Positions 1-12,364 of a stretch of DNA of 64,000 bases are shown piece after piece; position 1 is the first letter of the stretch; every line of letters begins with the position of its first letter. The position numbers were made by a program, and so were the translations under genes. Origin of the DNA: Felis catus (taxonomy: Eukaryota). The DNA is taken from the NCBI RefSeq assembly GCF_018350175.1, contig NC_058373.1, forward strand, positions 101,868,001 through 101,932,000. Reading direction: 5' to 3'. The notes beneath the pieces were generated by a model, which searched no databases, was not told where the DNA came from, and saw only the letters and a list, made by a program, of their open reading frames with translations.

Positions 1-929
1 GCTTTCTCGAGAATGTTTACTAAGTTCTTACCATGGGCAGGCACTGTGCTTACACTTTGCTGTGTCATCGTCTTGTGAACATGAGAGAACTGTGAGTAAG
101 AGGTGACGAGCATACCCCAGACCGGGCAGCTGTCCCGTGGGGGGCCTGCCTCCGGAGCCCAGAGACCCCTCCCCCACCTCTGAGTCTTCATGCCTGCCTT
201 GTGCAGTTGTCTTCCAACTGTTTGCTCTCCACCTGGTCCATCCTGCAGGCCACCACCACACATGTCTCCTCATACTGCCATTCTGACATTTTCTCCTCCT
301 CCTAACCTGCCCATTGTGTTGCACACCAGCCCTCCAAAAGCTGAGCTCGTCTGTTTTCCCTCCTGCTTTCCCCAAACCAGTTCTCAGCTGCCACCAAAAT
401 GTGCTGTTTGCTAGTTCCCAGATACATTTGAATGTCTGCACATTATCCCTCGTCCCTCATCTCCATCTCCCAACCTCCAACCTTCCTTAAGGGCTAAGCA
501 TACATTCGGAGCCCATGACGCCTTCCATGACTGGCCCGACCGGAGATCATTTCTCTCCCCTCTGTGTTGTGGTTCTTACTGTATCATCACTCAGGTGGCA
601 AGGTGTGTGGGGCCTGGCTGGGTACTATTGCTTTCTGTTGTCAAGATCTCTAGAAGGATCTTGTGCTTACAGGTGAGGGCGCCACAAAGAAGTTAGTGGC
701 AGTGCTGGGGCCTTAGCCCCGTTTCCCTAAATCCCAGACTGGTGGTCTTTTTCTACCATAGCTTTTTACCTTCTGTCCTTCCTTGGAGGACAAGGACTCC
801 ACCCTGTCTATATTCAAAGTTTATGTGGCATCCAGGGTAGAGTCTTGTGTCTAGGGGGTATTCAATAAGTAGTTATTGAAAGAAAGCAAAGGAAGGAAGA
901 TAGGAAGGGAAAAAAGACACTAACCCTTA

Positions 930-1140
930 CATCGCACTTTTGTTTTAACTTAATCCCCTTTCCAGTCTACTCCCTTGAAATCCCTGTGAAATAGGTTGTT
1001 ATTCTCCACCGCATTTTACAGGTGAGGAGACTGAGGCAAGAGAGGCTAAGTAACTTGCCCAAGGCCACAGCTGGTAAGTGACAGAGTGAGGACCTGAACC
1101 CAAGGAGTCTGGCTCCTGAGTGTGAGCTCTTCTTCTGCCC
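930..1140 (-). mobile_element. MIR SINE
   Basis: Reverse-complement MIR core: attttacaggtgaggagactgaggc...aagtaacttgcccaaggccacagct. Confidence 0.85.
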
Positions 1141-2472
1141 TGTTCTGCTACAGGGTCATGAAGGACAGACAGACAGGGAAAGACAGAAAGAAGGATGAGC
1201 CTCATATCAGTGCTCAAGACAACAGAGCAGAGGACATTTAGATTAGCCTGCCATATTTGTCTTCTTTCCACTGAGAAGAAGCACCACTGATAAGTCAGAG
1301 CAGTGGCTGGGCTACAGAGTTTGTTGCTACTGCCTGGATCTGTTAGAAATTGATTGCTGTGAAACTCCCTGAACACAGTGCACCCAGACTGCCTGCCTCA
1401 TATTCTAGTTGCTAGAGGAGGCTTAGCCAAGGGACTGTTAAATAGCTCACATGATCCCGACCCAGAGTCCCTTATCAAGGGGGGGGGTGCCACTTTCTCC
1501 CCAGATGCTCCCTTTAGCACACGTGCTTTCCATGGAACGCTCCCTTCAAGGGAACAGTCACAGACTTGAAATCACCATGACTAGGAATGAGTAGCAAATG
1601 TGTCAAGTGTGGCTGAATCAAGCTGATAAAGAATATTGAATGGGGGCTTTTATCCTTAGAAGCCTGACTCTTAATGTGGTTGGTTTTTAACCAGGCTCCC
1701 AGTAGCTATTAGCATTTCTGCTCACGATAGTGCCCCTCTCCCTTACACACAGAAAAATCTATCTTAAATGTATTGTGAACTTTAGAGCACGTCAGTGGAA
1801 GTGACCTATCATTCAGGAGCATGGAAGGATGACTTTGTCAGCATGGAGAGAACACTTTGCACCCAGAATCCTAGAGTGAACGGAATACCTACTCCAGCTT
1901 TGATGAATCACAGCTGAATCATGTTTAAGTGTGTGCTTCATTTTGAGGGATTCCCTTCTTCCTCCTCCTCCCTCCTCCCCACCCCTCCAGGGTGAAAGGC
2001 ATTGCTCTTCCTGTGCAAAACCATTGTTTACACCCGAGACCACTAAAATGCTTTTGTGGCAATGTTGTGAACGCATCAGGTGTTTGTTGTGGCCCAACTA
2101 AGACAACTTTATAGGTTAATGAAAAATGATTTATCTTTCTTCTAAGCAGAACATTGAGTTCACTCTCTGCCTCTTTGACTCCAAGCAAATCTGTCTGGCC
2201 CCATCCCTTGCCCCCCTCCCGCATCTGCACCACCCTCTTGTATATCCCATGGTATGTTTTAATGACTGCGGGCCTGTATGTTCCTAGTAATTAAGAACTC
2301 TGAGCAGCGTGAACGTGGGTTACAGTTCATCTGGTTTCTTGGAAGGACTGTGTGTGCGAGGTAGTTTTTCACCTGAAAGCCTAAACCAAAGAGAGAGTCC
2401 AGGAAGCAAAGAATGAATGGACCAGGTGACTTGCTTTTCTTAGCTCCCGGGAGACCGAAGGCATTGCTGTTA

Positions 2473-2675
2473 CAGTGGACAGAGCCCAGACCGACCCTGA
2501 ATGAAGCAGATCTGGGTTCACGCTTCTGTGTTGTGTTTCACCAGCTTGTGACCTTGACCAGATGAGTTAGCTTTTCTGAATCTTGGTTCCCATCAGTGAA
2601 ATGAGGGTGAGAAGGCCTGGCCTGTAGGATTATTGAAAGGATTGCAAACGCTGGATGTAAAGTGCCTGGCACTGG
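2473..2675 (+). mobile_element. MIR SINE
   Basis: ctgggttca...tgtgaccttg...gtaggattattgaaaggatt...gtaaagtgcctggcac. Confidence 0.75.
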
Positions 2676-2687
2676 CATGCAACCATT

Positions 2688-2907
2688 TCTTTTCTTGTAA
2701 TGTTTATTCATTTTTGAGAGAGACAGACAGACAGAGCATGAAGGGGGTGGGGAGGGGCAGAGAGAGAGGGTGACACAGAATCTGAAGCAGGCTCCAGGCT
2801 CTGAGCTGTCAGCTCAGAGCCCAAGGCGGGGCTTGAGCTCAGGAGCCATGAGATCATGACCTGAGCCAAAGTTGGACACTTAACAGACTGAGCCACCCAG
2901 GCATCCC
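2688..2907 (-). mobile_element. Can-SINE (SINEC_Fc-like)
   Basis: Full antisense element; TSD tgcaaccatt/tgcaatcatt. Confidence 0.93.
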
Positions 2908-3409
2908 TGCAATCATTGATAGCAGTTTTTGTTATTATTTCTGCTGTTGTCCTCACTGTCATTGCCACTGCCTCTGCAAGTAGCTCTTGTATATGGCAAG
3001 AACCAAAGGGAACTTGAGTTCTGTTGCTTCTCATGCACACAGGACACAGCTTTATCCTTCCAGGCTACCTGCTTTCCTTACCACAGCAGCTAAAATCGCT
3101 CCAAAAACCCTAAAAGTAAATATAAAAACTGCAACCACATAGGGGTTAGAATAAAGAATGACGTTTTTCCTCACTCCAGCAGGGATCCCTTGCTGAGTGG
3201 GTACCTTTTTCCTTCCTTCTGCCCACGAATATTGACAGGTACCCACTGCACATGTGCAGGGCTCGGAGGTGAGCCATAGAGGCCAGAGTTTAATCACACA
3301 TGGATTTTGTCCTTGAAAGGTTCATCATGTCCCAGAAAAGAGGTAGGACCATAAGAGAGACACTACTAAAGGGCTGTGGAGTTTGGGAGGAGAGAGGTTT
3401 TATGAGCAA

Positions 3410-3615
3410 GGCAGCCTAGCATCACGAAGAACATAAATTTGGGGGTTGGACCATTGGGTTCAAACCTTGGCCTTGCTACTTCCTCGTTTGGGCTACTTGA
3501 GCAGGCTTGGTCACATCTCTGTCTCTCTGCTTCCTCATTTTTAAAATGAGTATAATAGTATCTACCTTTCAGGGTTGTTGTAAGGATTCAGTGAGATGTG
3601 TAAGGTGCTTAGAAT
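3410..3615 (+). mobile_element. MIR SINE
   Basis: gggttcaaacc...ttcctcatttttaaaatgagtataatagtatctacct...agggttgttgtaaggatt. Confidence 0.8.
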
Positions 3616-6600
3616 AGGTATGGATTTACCCTTCAAACGAAAGTGGGCAAAATGGCCTTTCTAGATGGAGGAGCAACATGAGACAAGGCAGAGTCTGCCC
3701 TGAGGTATAGGGTTGGAGAAGGTGAGAAAGGGGGAGCAGCAGCTTGAGATGAGATTATGGATGCTCTTGAGTGGCAGGCTAGGACCCTTGGACTTTACTG
3801 AAAACGTGAAATGCAATCCGTCCTCTAGAGTTCCATGGTCAGTGTGTGTGAAGCCAGAATCTGAACCTGTCTCAGGGTACGTCTCTACATTTCAGTTGCA
3901 GCGAACCTGGCAGTGAACCAGATGCCAGTGGGCATGAAGTCGAAAGTTGGATTAACAGGGCTCAACACATCGGCCTGAATTGATACGTCAGGGAAGATGT
4001 GCAGCCGAGCCCCAGCAGGAAGCGAAACCGTGGAGCAGAGGGAGGGGAGGTGTCCTGGCATGGGGGGAGGGGACAGGAAATGTCATACCGTTACCCCGTC
4101 CACTGCTTCCTTTTTACATTACAGATTTTTTTTCTTTAGGGGATCGTCAGCTGTTTTGTTTTTGTTTTTGTGTGCTGTTTTGTTTCTTTTGAGCCTTGGG
4201 TTGCATGCAGTCATGTTGCTGTCTGTGCTGGGGTGGTGGGGAGGTGGGGATGAGTAAAGCTGACCTCAGGAGTCTTTGTTTTCAGTGATCGACACATGTC
4301 ACACTTTGTCAGGATGTGGAGGGTGTTGCCTTCTGCCTCCCCCTCTGTGCACCGATGGCAGGTTTCTGTAGGATTTCAGAAAGGGCTGCACGGGGTTCAC
4401 AGAGCCACTGAGAGGATGCCCTCTTATCTTGGGATGTGTCTTTAAATGAAAAATTGGAGGGTCAGAATGCCTTAGGTTTGATTTACTTTCGACTTTAGCT
4501 ATGACAAGGCTGTCTTCAATTTTAAAAATAATCATCCAAGTTATTATGAGAGAGTAATCTTGTTTTTAAGTCTTTAACTTAATTTATTGCTTTTAAGCGT
4601 TATGGGGACGTAGGGCCGTTCCTAAGACCACATGGAAGTCATTTAAAATTCATTGTGGAACAAAGTAGTATACGGTAAATCTATGTATGTACCATAAAAC
4701 GTCTGTGTGTAGCATGGGAATGGGGAAATGATAAAGTGCAACTCTAACGTGATCTGTTGCTCTGGAACCCACGATGCATCTCCCCACACAAGTGACTGGG
4801 AACGAGTTACCACCGTGTCAACACTTGGAAGCATGACCTTCTGGTCCAGGCCGCATTTCTCCTGCAGTAGAGGCTCACCCAAAGAGATCTTGAATGATCT
4901 CCAGAGAGGTGCCTGGGCCCTCTCTCACGGGTTCCTTGTGAGCTAGGGAGATAGATGAGCACATTCATAAATGATGGGAGGTATCTGTTGATTTAGACTT
5001 TAAAGGCATTTTTGTTTTCATCCTCCTCCAGTGTCTCTTTATTAGAGCATTATATTGCAGTCTTGGAAATTATTAGTTATCCGTCATATCCCTGCTGAAG
5101 AGTGGAGTTTGCCCCCAGCTGTCTGATAGCCAAGCCACACCAACTTCAATGGGAACTGCACATGCTTGTCCAGAGGCAGAATTTGGCTTTTAAACTTAGG
5201 CCTAAGGGGCCTGTTTAATATATTATGTAAGAAAGAGTGAGGTCATATAAACAGTCGTGGCTCCTACCTTGAACCAAAAGTCGTCCTTATTTGGTGCTTC
5301 CAAAGTTAGAAAACAATACAGGCAGTAGAAGCTCTCTCGGGATCAGTGAAGAAATAATGGCTGCCTTGTTCTAGACCAGGGGTTTTGTGACAGTGTCAGC
5401 AAAGCAGGCTGCCTGCTGCTTTTAGCACTTGAGGTTTGGACTGGTTTCATTTACCCCCTCAGTCTGCTTAGAAGGAACATTCTGGAAGTCCACTGAATCC
5501 CCACCTGCTGTCAGGATGCCCAGGCATCATCGGGGGTAGGGGGTCTGCCATGGGACCCTGGGCCTTGGGTTCCGAGGTGAGGGTCAGGGGTGCTGCAGCC
5601 CCTGGGAGGGAGCCCCACAGCCCCGCCGCTCTGCAGGACCCCTCGGCAGCGGAGTCTAAGAAGACATAGCGTTACGCTTCTCTTGGATCATCATTTTGGC
5701 TGAGCTAAAGGTAGATCATATTTCAGCCTTAAATAACTGTCTTCTGTCTGTGTAAACAGTCACGGCCATTAGTCTTAAACTTCAAACCTCAGCCCATGGA
5801 TCTGGATTGGTTTCTTTTTCTGAGCCATAACTCTGGAGGCCACTCTTCCCTGCTCTCTGAAGCGTCTGCTGCCTCTATCTGAGCATGAAGCCTACTCTAT
5901 GAGTCGTAAAAAAAAAAAAAAAAAACAACCATGCTGGGACACACATAATTAAAGGGGGAAGGGAATGAAGAAAATTCATTCACTTCTCCTTCCTGGGACC
6001 TAACTCCCTTTTAGGATCCCGCTTGCATCCAACGAGAAATGCCAAAAGATTAAAGCATGGCATTCTCATTCTTCTCCATGGGAAGAAGAGGTTATGCAAA
6101 GGAGGCCTATGTCCCTGCATTGTGGGCGAGAAGCCTGGCAAGAGGTTTGTCTCATTTAAGAAGTAAATATATTCAGTGGAAGCAAAGATGCTGCCAAGTA
6201 AATTTATTCCATTTTTAGGGAGAGAAGGGCAGGAGTTTTGCTGCTCCTTTATGTTGCTTTTAGATACACATTTCTGCGTGAGGTTGTCTGAAAAAGTAAG
6301 AATGCAACAGCAGCTTGTTTAAAACTTGACCTCTTCAGCACGCCCAAGGATTTGAGAAACAAAAGAAGGCGGTGGGTAATTGATTCTGTTCTCCAAAGGC
6401 CCATCTTGACACTGAACGGATCCTGGCTTGGTTTCTACCATACAGGTGTTTAGTCTCTGCCAGCAGGAGGACACAGATGGAGTCTACCTTTCTGCAGAAG
6501 TCTTTAAATGTCAAAAACACGAGGAGGAAATCCATTGACACTTTTGTCACCGTGACAGTGCAGTATATCCCTTCACGTTGATAGTAGCCATGCCCCAAAT

Positions 6601-8841
6601 GACACTCAAATCAGCAGGATGGGGAGAATTTTAAAAGAAGGCAGAGCATCCATTACCATGGAAAGCAGTTCATTTTATAGCCAGGAAGCCACAGAATCTT
6701 CTGAATTTTTTTTTGCTTGAGGGCTAGACGTTAAACTTGTTCCTTAGCCATGTGTTAGGTCTGACTAAGCAACAGTGTAAGAGCACGAGAATCCATGCTT
6801 TCGCGGTGGAAAGCTCCAGATCCTTAGTTTGTTACTAAACGTAAAATTTAGGAACTCTGTGATTTAGTCAAAATGAATGCTTCTGTAGCAATTCAATGGA
6901 GTTGTCATATCAAATTAAGTTTTAGCAAGTTTTGTCTGATAGGGATATTCACCAATCCGGATCCCAACACGGTGTATGCTTGCTGCATGTATGAAAGTGA
7001 GGCTAGTCACCCTATGATCTAAATGAGGTCACCTTAATTGGCTGTTTGAATGCTTCTATGAGGACATTAGAACCCCAGTGAACAAGCAAGTAGCCTGTTA
7101 GGAGGCACATCTCATGGCAGAGATTCCTCGCTTGCAAGGTTTAGAAAATTGAGTCCTTTAGTAAGTATCTTGCACAGGCACAAACCTTAACTAAATATAG
7201 AGGGCTAAAAGAGAATCCTTCCATGGGAGGGCTCCCTTAAATTAGCTCAGTTCATCTATTCATCTGTGTGTGCTGACTCGTGCCTAAACATTGGAGGCCA
7301 AATCCAAAAAAAGAAAAGGCAAGCCTGTGGCTCAGTCCTAGGAAAAATGTAGAACAACTGAGTATAATCCTGAACAGGGGAGCCAATGAGAAGCTCAGCA
7401 GGCTCGTGCTGGAAAGAGGTGTGCCAGCTCCTCGTAATCACCCTCCCTAATTAACTTCACAGTGTGGCTTTGCAAGTGCCTGTGGCATATTCAGATTTCT
7501 CCATGTATCGTGATTCTTCCGTTTTCAAGTCATTTCATGATCCAGGTTTCAAACTTCAGATAAAATCAGAAGAGATGTTAGCCAATGATGCTTTCAGTAT
7601 TTCCCCCTTACCAGACTTCCCAAAATATACTCAGATATTTTTTAATAGTTGACAGCGTTCTAGGCCTTCCTCTCTTGAATATGGGAACGACTCTCAAGGA
7701 AGAAGAGGGCTAAAGAGATTTGGAGTCCGATTTCCATAACTAGAATGGCACAAGGGAACATGACAGAATGCGGGAGTCCCCACATTCTCAGTGTAGAGCC
7801 CTGCGTAATGCATTCCGCTCCCTGCCGAAGCCAGCGATCCATTTGGACAGTTAGGGTTGTTGCAGCTGCATGTGAAACACACACTTGCTCTGCCTGAATT
7901 CTAGCCACGCCTTTCCCTCCTTTGTCGTTGTCTCCTTGGGACTCCCATTTCACTATGGAAGTCAGCTAGGGGAAGACACCTGAAGAAGAGACAGTCAGGA
8001 CAAGAGAAGATGCTTGGAAGTGGTCCAAAGGTAGCGCCCCATGTGTTCAAGTGGCTGTGGCATTGTCCTTGAAAAGCTGTGATTGATCCTAGCTAGCAGG
8101 GCTACCACACTGTGCGGTGGTTGAGCCACCAATCTGGTCATGGTGTTAGAAGCCTAATAATTGGATGGATCTATGCTTTTTGCTCTTTGGAGAAATGAAT
8201 TTTATGAATGTTTCTATTTAAGGAGAACAAAACAATAACACACCAAAAAAAAAAAAACCCACCCAATTCCTATTACCCTAACTCCTCCTCGCACATAGTA
8301 TTCTAATGCGGTTTATTCCTGAAACTGACTCATTCAGCTTTTCTCCTGGAAGTTGTCAGTATGTACGCCTGGTTAATGGAGAAAATCAGCGCAGTGCCCA
8401 GGCACAATGCCATGACTCATTCCTGGCATTTCAGGGGCTTTGTAATGGAAATCATAGTTCCAAGCTACAGTTCTTACCAAGTAGATATGTGAATATTAAT
8501 GAAACGGAGCAAGTCTCCACAACTCCTGCCTAACCCTCACCAGAGATTCAGTGTTTGCTCATGAAGTGAAGGTTTCTCTTCATAACCCACGCATGCTGGA
8601 ATACCACAATATTGTTTTAATTAGTCTTTTAACACACAGTAAAATATTTGGCTTTGGCGAAAGGAGGAAATACTCTCATACGTTGGAACTATTTGGTTAA
8701 AAGGGCATTTTTGTCTGCTGAATTAGTCTCCTGGGGTTTATACTAGCATCTGAATGCTTTTTAAAAAGCCTCCAATGACCTGCAGCCAATTCTCGCCCAT
8801 TCATGCTGTCTCTCTGTCGACCTACCCGTCTATAATTGTGG

Positions 8842-8846
<5 letters not shown>

Positions 8847-8894
<48 letters not shown>

Positions 8895-8914
8895 CGCGCG
8901 CGCGCGCGCGCGCG
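8847..8914. repeat. Compound microsatellite (TG)20(CG)14
   Basis: Counted directly: TG 8847-8886, CG 8887-8914. Confidence 0.97.
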
Positions 8915-10284
8915 TGTGTCGTATGCGTGCATGTATATATATAGACACCACACACACATGCGCGCACGTGGTCTACTGAGAGAGCATAGAAAATTGAAAC
9001 CCTGAATAATCCCAACCTTTTAATTTACCCTCTGCTTGACCCAACCTTGTCCCCAAACTTCTTTCAAGTAACATTCCCCTTTTCTTTGTGCTATGTAAGA
9101 CTTAAAAGTAGTAAAATAGCCAAGAAATGGATAGCAGGAAGAAGTGGGGGAAATAAGGAAGATATTTCAAGTGCTTATTTTTTATTGACTTGAGTTTGAA
9201 TTTTATGTCTGACGGACCGGTAGGCCTTTGTGGAAACACAGATGAGCCAGTTTCCCATCACTTTTGGAGACTGGGATAGAAGGTCAAATATCTAAAGTTG
9301 GTTTTTGGTGGTTCTTATGTATCTACAGTCCTTTGGATCAGGAATATTTTGGAGCTGCTAATTGGAAAGTAGACATTGAGGAGATATTTTCAGCAAAAGA
9401 AAAGAATGAGCAATATAGCTGATAACTCAGCTACTTTATTCTGATTCTGTCTTCTCTAACAATAGCTCCCTGCTCCGTGCTCTTAAAACACAAGTGCTAA
9501 TATTATGAGAAACGAGTTATATGAAAAACAGTCTAATCTTTTCGAAAAGTGCTAAAAATACCAATCTGCAACCAAGAATGTTTCAACTCTCTTCCCTTTC
9601 CAGATGATGCAAGATTCTAGGCAAAGACTGGATTTCAGAGGATGCCCCCAAGGCGTGGGCATGAGTGGGGGTTGTAGCCTATAGGAGTAAAGATCTTTAG
9701 ACAAGGACATTCAAAGTGACTTCCTTAGCATTACAGTAGCGCTGAGTCTTTAGATGCACAAGCCATTGTTTTCCTGGTCATTCTTTGGAAGTGGCTGGTG
9801 ATGGAAGGTATTATAATTTATTTTTTTTCTGGTGAGGAAACTGAGGTACAGGAGATTCCATTCCAGACTTTGAACCTAGTGCTATGTCCCTGAGGCCCTG
9901 TCTGCACTTGAGAGACCGTTTTTGCCTTGCTCGATTCTACACAGTAACTCTTCCATTGCTTGTCCTTACCAGACCAAGCTTTCAGAATGTGCGAAGGGAA
10001 GTACTTCTGTGTGACAGCCTTCAAGATTTGGCTGGAGAAGACAGGAGGGGATAATGACTTGGAGGACTTGGAGGCAAAATGGTGGTGGTGATGGGAGGAC
10101 AGGTGCATGTGTGTCCAGAGAAAACGGAACATGTGTGTTCAAAGTCCCACTGGGGCGACACTCCTTATCCTCTGATCGTAGATGGCAAATGCCAGTACTC
10201 TACCACCATTGATTGCTGTGTGTATCTGTTGGGAGATCTCACATACGTGTCTGAGGTCACTGTGTCTTTCTTCACACAACAATC

Positions 10285-10502
10285 TTTTTTAAAAAAAAAT
10301 TTTTTTTTAATGTTTGTTTTTGGGAGAGTGAGAGTGCACGCAAGCAGGGGAGGGGCAGAGAGAGAGGGAGACACAGGGTCCGAAGCAGGCTCCAGGCTCT
10401 GAGCTGTCAGCGCAGAGCCCGACACGGGGCTGGAACTCAAGAACTGTGAGATCATGACCTGAGCCCGAGTCAGCTTAACTGACTGAGCCACTCAGGCGCC
10501 CC
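10285..10502 (-). mobile_element. Can-SINE (SINEC_Fc-like)
   Basis: Antisense poly-T tail, (GA)n, ...gagccactcaggcgcccc head. Confidence 0.93.
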
Positions 10503-12160
10503 CCCACGGCCGTCTTTTCTTAGGCTTCATGTGGTTGTAGGACAAGAACTATTGGAATGAACAGTAACCGTGTTGGTCTTAATACAACCGCCACATTTAC
10601 TGTTTGGAAAAAAAGTTACTTCTCAGAAAATAAAAATTAATAAGACAATGCATGGCAAATTGGGCCTTAGTAGCCACCACTCACTTTTTTTAGTGCATCT
10701 GCTATAGAGTTGCATCTTGCCAATGTGGTGTCATTTTCAGGACTGTGACCGAGACTTGGATTGTGTATGTCTCTGGACTGTGAACAGAGATAATGTGTAG
10801 TGTTGTAATGTGGGTATTGAGGCCTTTTTAGTGTCTGATTACTTTATGACATGGTTGTTTTAAGGGAAAACTAACTAAAGTTACTTAAATTTAGCCACAT
10901 TTGTTAACTATCCTTTTCTAAAAATTGAAAAGTAACTTTAGTTAAAATAAGATCCAGAAGTCTCTGTTTCGAAACAGCGCATTCTTCAGTTTATAATGCT
11001 AAGGGCTGAAAAATCCTTAAAGTAGCCAGCATCACTGAGACCTAACAAAGCAGTTCATATTTTTACTTTTTTTTTTTTTTTTCAGAAGCTGGTTGCCATG
11101 TAGAGTAGAAGAAACCTCCCGCTTTTAATCTTTTCAGTTGACATTGCCAGCGAGAGTGTTGTTATTGTTAGATAATCATAATGGTATGTTCCGGAGACTC
11201 TTCTCCCCTCACCCGACACACCCAATTCACTCACACCCGGCCAGCAGAGCCAGAGACAGAAGAATAAAGCAACATCTTATTTGCTTTCAGAATTTGATTC
11301 TCTGTTGCTCTGGAGACATGCTGGGATTTGCTCTTAAACTATTGTTATTTTCCTAATGTCCATCTAGGTTTCGATTCATTTGTAAGAAGAACCAAGAACA
11401 CAGGTGAGCTGGTCAGGCTGCACCCTAAAATAAGGTGGTTTCTAGGGGGCTGTTGAGTCCTGCTGGCAACAGTTGCCAGTGACACACACACCATATCCGG
11501 GTCCCTGACTTAACCAGCACACATCCCATTGAAGGCTCGGCTCGTGAGTCTGACATTCCCCGATTCCTGGTAACCCTGTTGACATTAATACTTACTAATC
11601 ATAGTTATATTTGAAGCATTTACTTTCGTTCCCGCAAGTATTTAAAATGGAGTTTCTCAGCACGTAATCGAGTTCCCAAGATGGGCCCGTAGGCTGGCTG
11701 TGGCTGCCTTCTTAAAAAGATAAATAAAAAAGATAATGCAATGGAGAAAGAACATGTGCCAGATGAAAGCATAAAAGGAAATAGACTAAGACCGAAATCC
11801 CACTCTACTAACAATATAGGCCAGCCTTGTTCTTCAGGCATTCACTGACTTGTGTGAAGCACTCTGCTACCTCATGTGGGCCTGCTGGGAAGGAAGGAAA
11901 TGAACAAACAAGGAAAAACCCTTGTTTTCAGCATTGCTGGCTACCTGGATAACCAACCCCAGGTTCTCCACAGCTGGCACATTGTTTTCTTCCATATGCT
12001 GCTGTCAGAGGTGGGCCCTCTTGGGGAAACTGTATACCCAGCCAGCACCCTGCCTGGCTCTCGAGGGACGGAAGTGTGCACTGATGCTCTGGCCCTCATG
12101 GGCTTAGGCTCCAGGACACTGAGGGACAGCTGTCCTCTCTCAGAGTCACATAGTCATTTC

Positions 12161-12364
12161 TTTCTTTTTGTTTTTTAATGTTTATTTTTGAGAGAGAGCG
12201 AGGGAGGGGCAGAGAGAGAGGGAGACACAGACTCTGAAGCAGGCTCCAGGCTCTGAGCTGTCAGCACAGAGCCCGACATGGGGCTCGAACCCACGGACTG
12301 CAAGATGATGGCCTGAGCCGAAGTCAGATGCTCAACTGACTGGGGCTCCCGGGCTCTATGACCC
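12161..12364 (-). mobile_element. Can-SINE (SINEC_Fc-like)
   Basis: Perfect 14-bp TSD cacatagtcatttc at 12147-12160 and 12365-12378. Confidence 0.93.
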
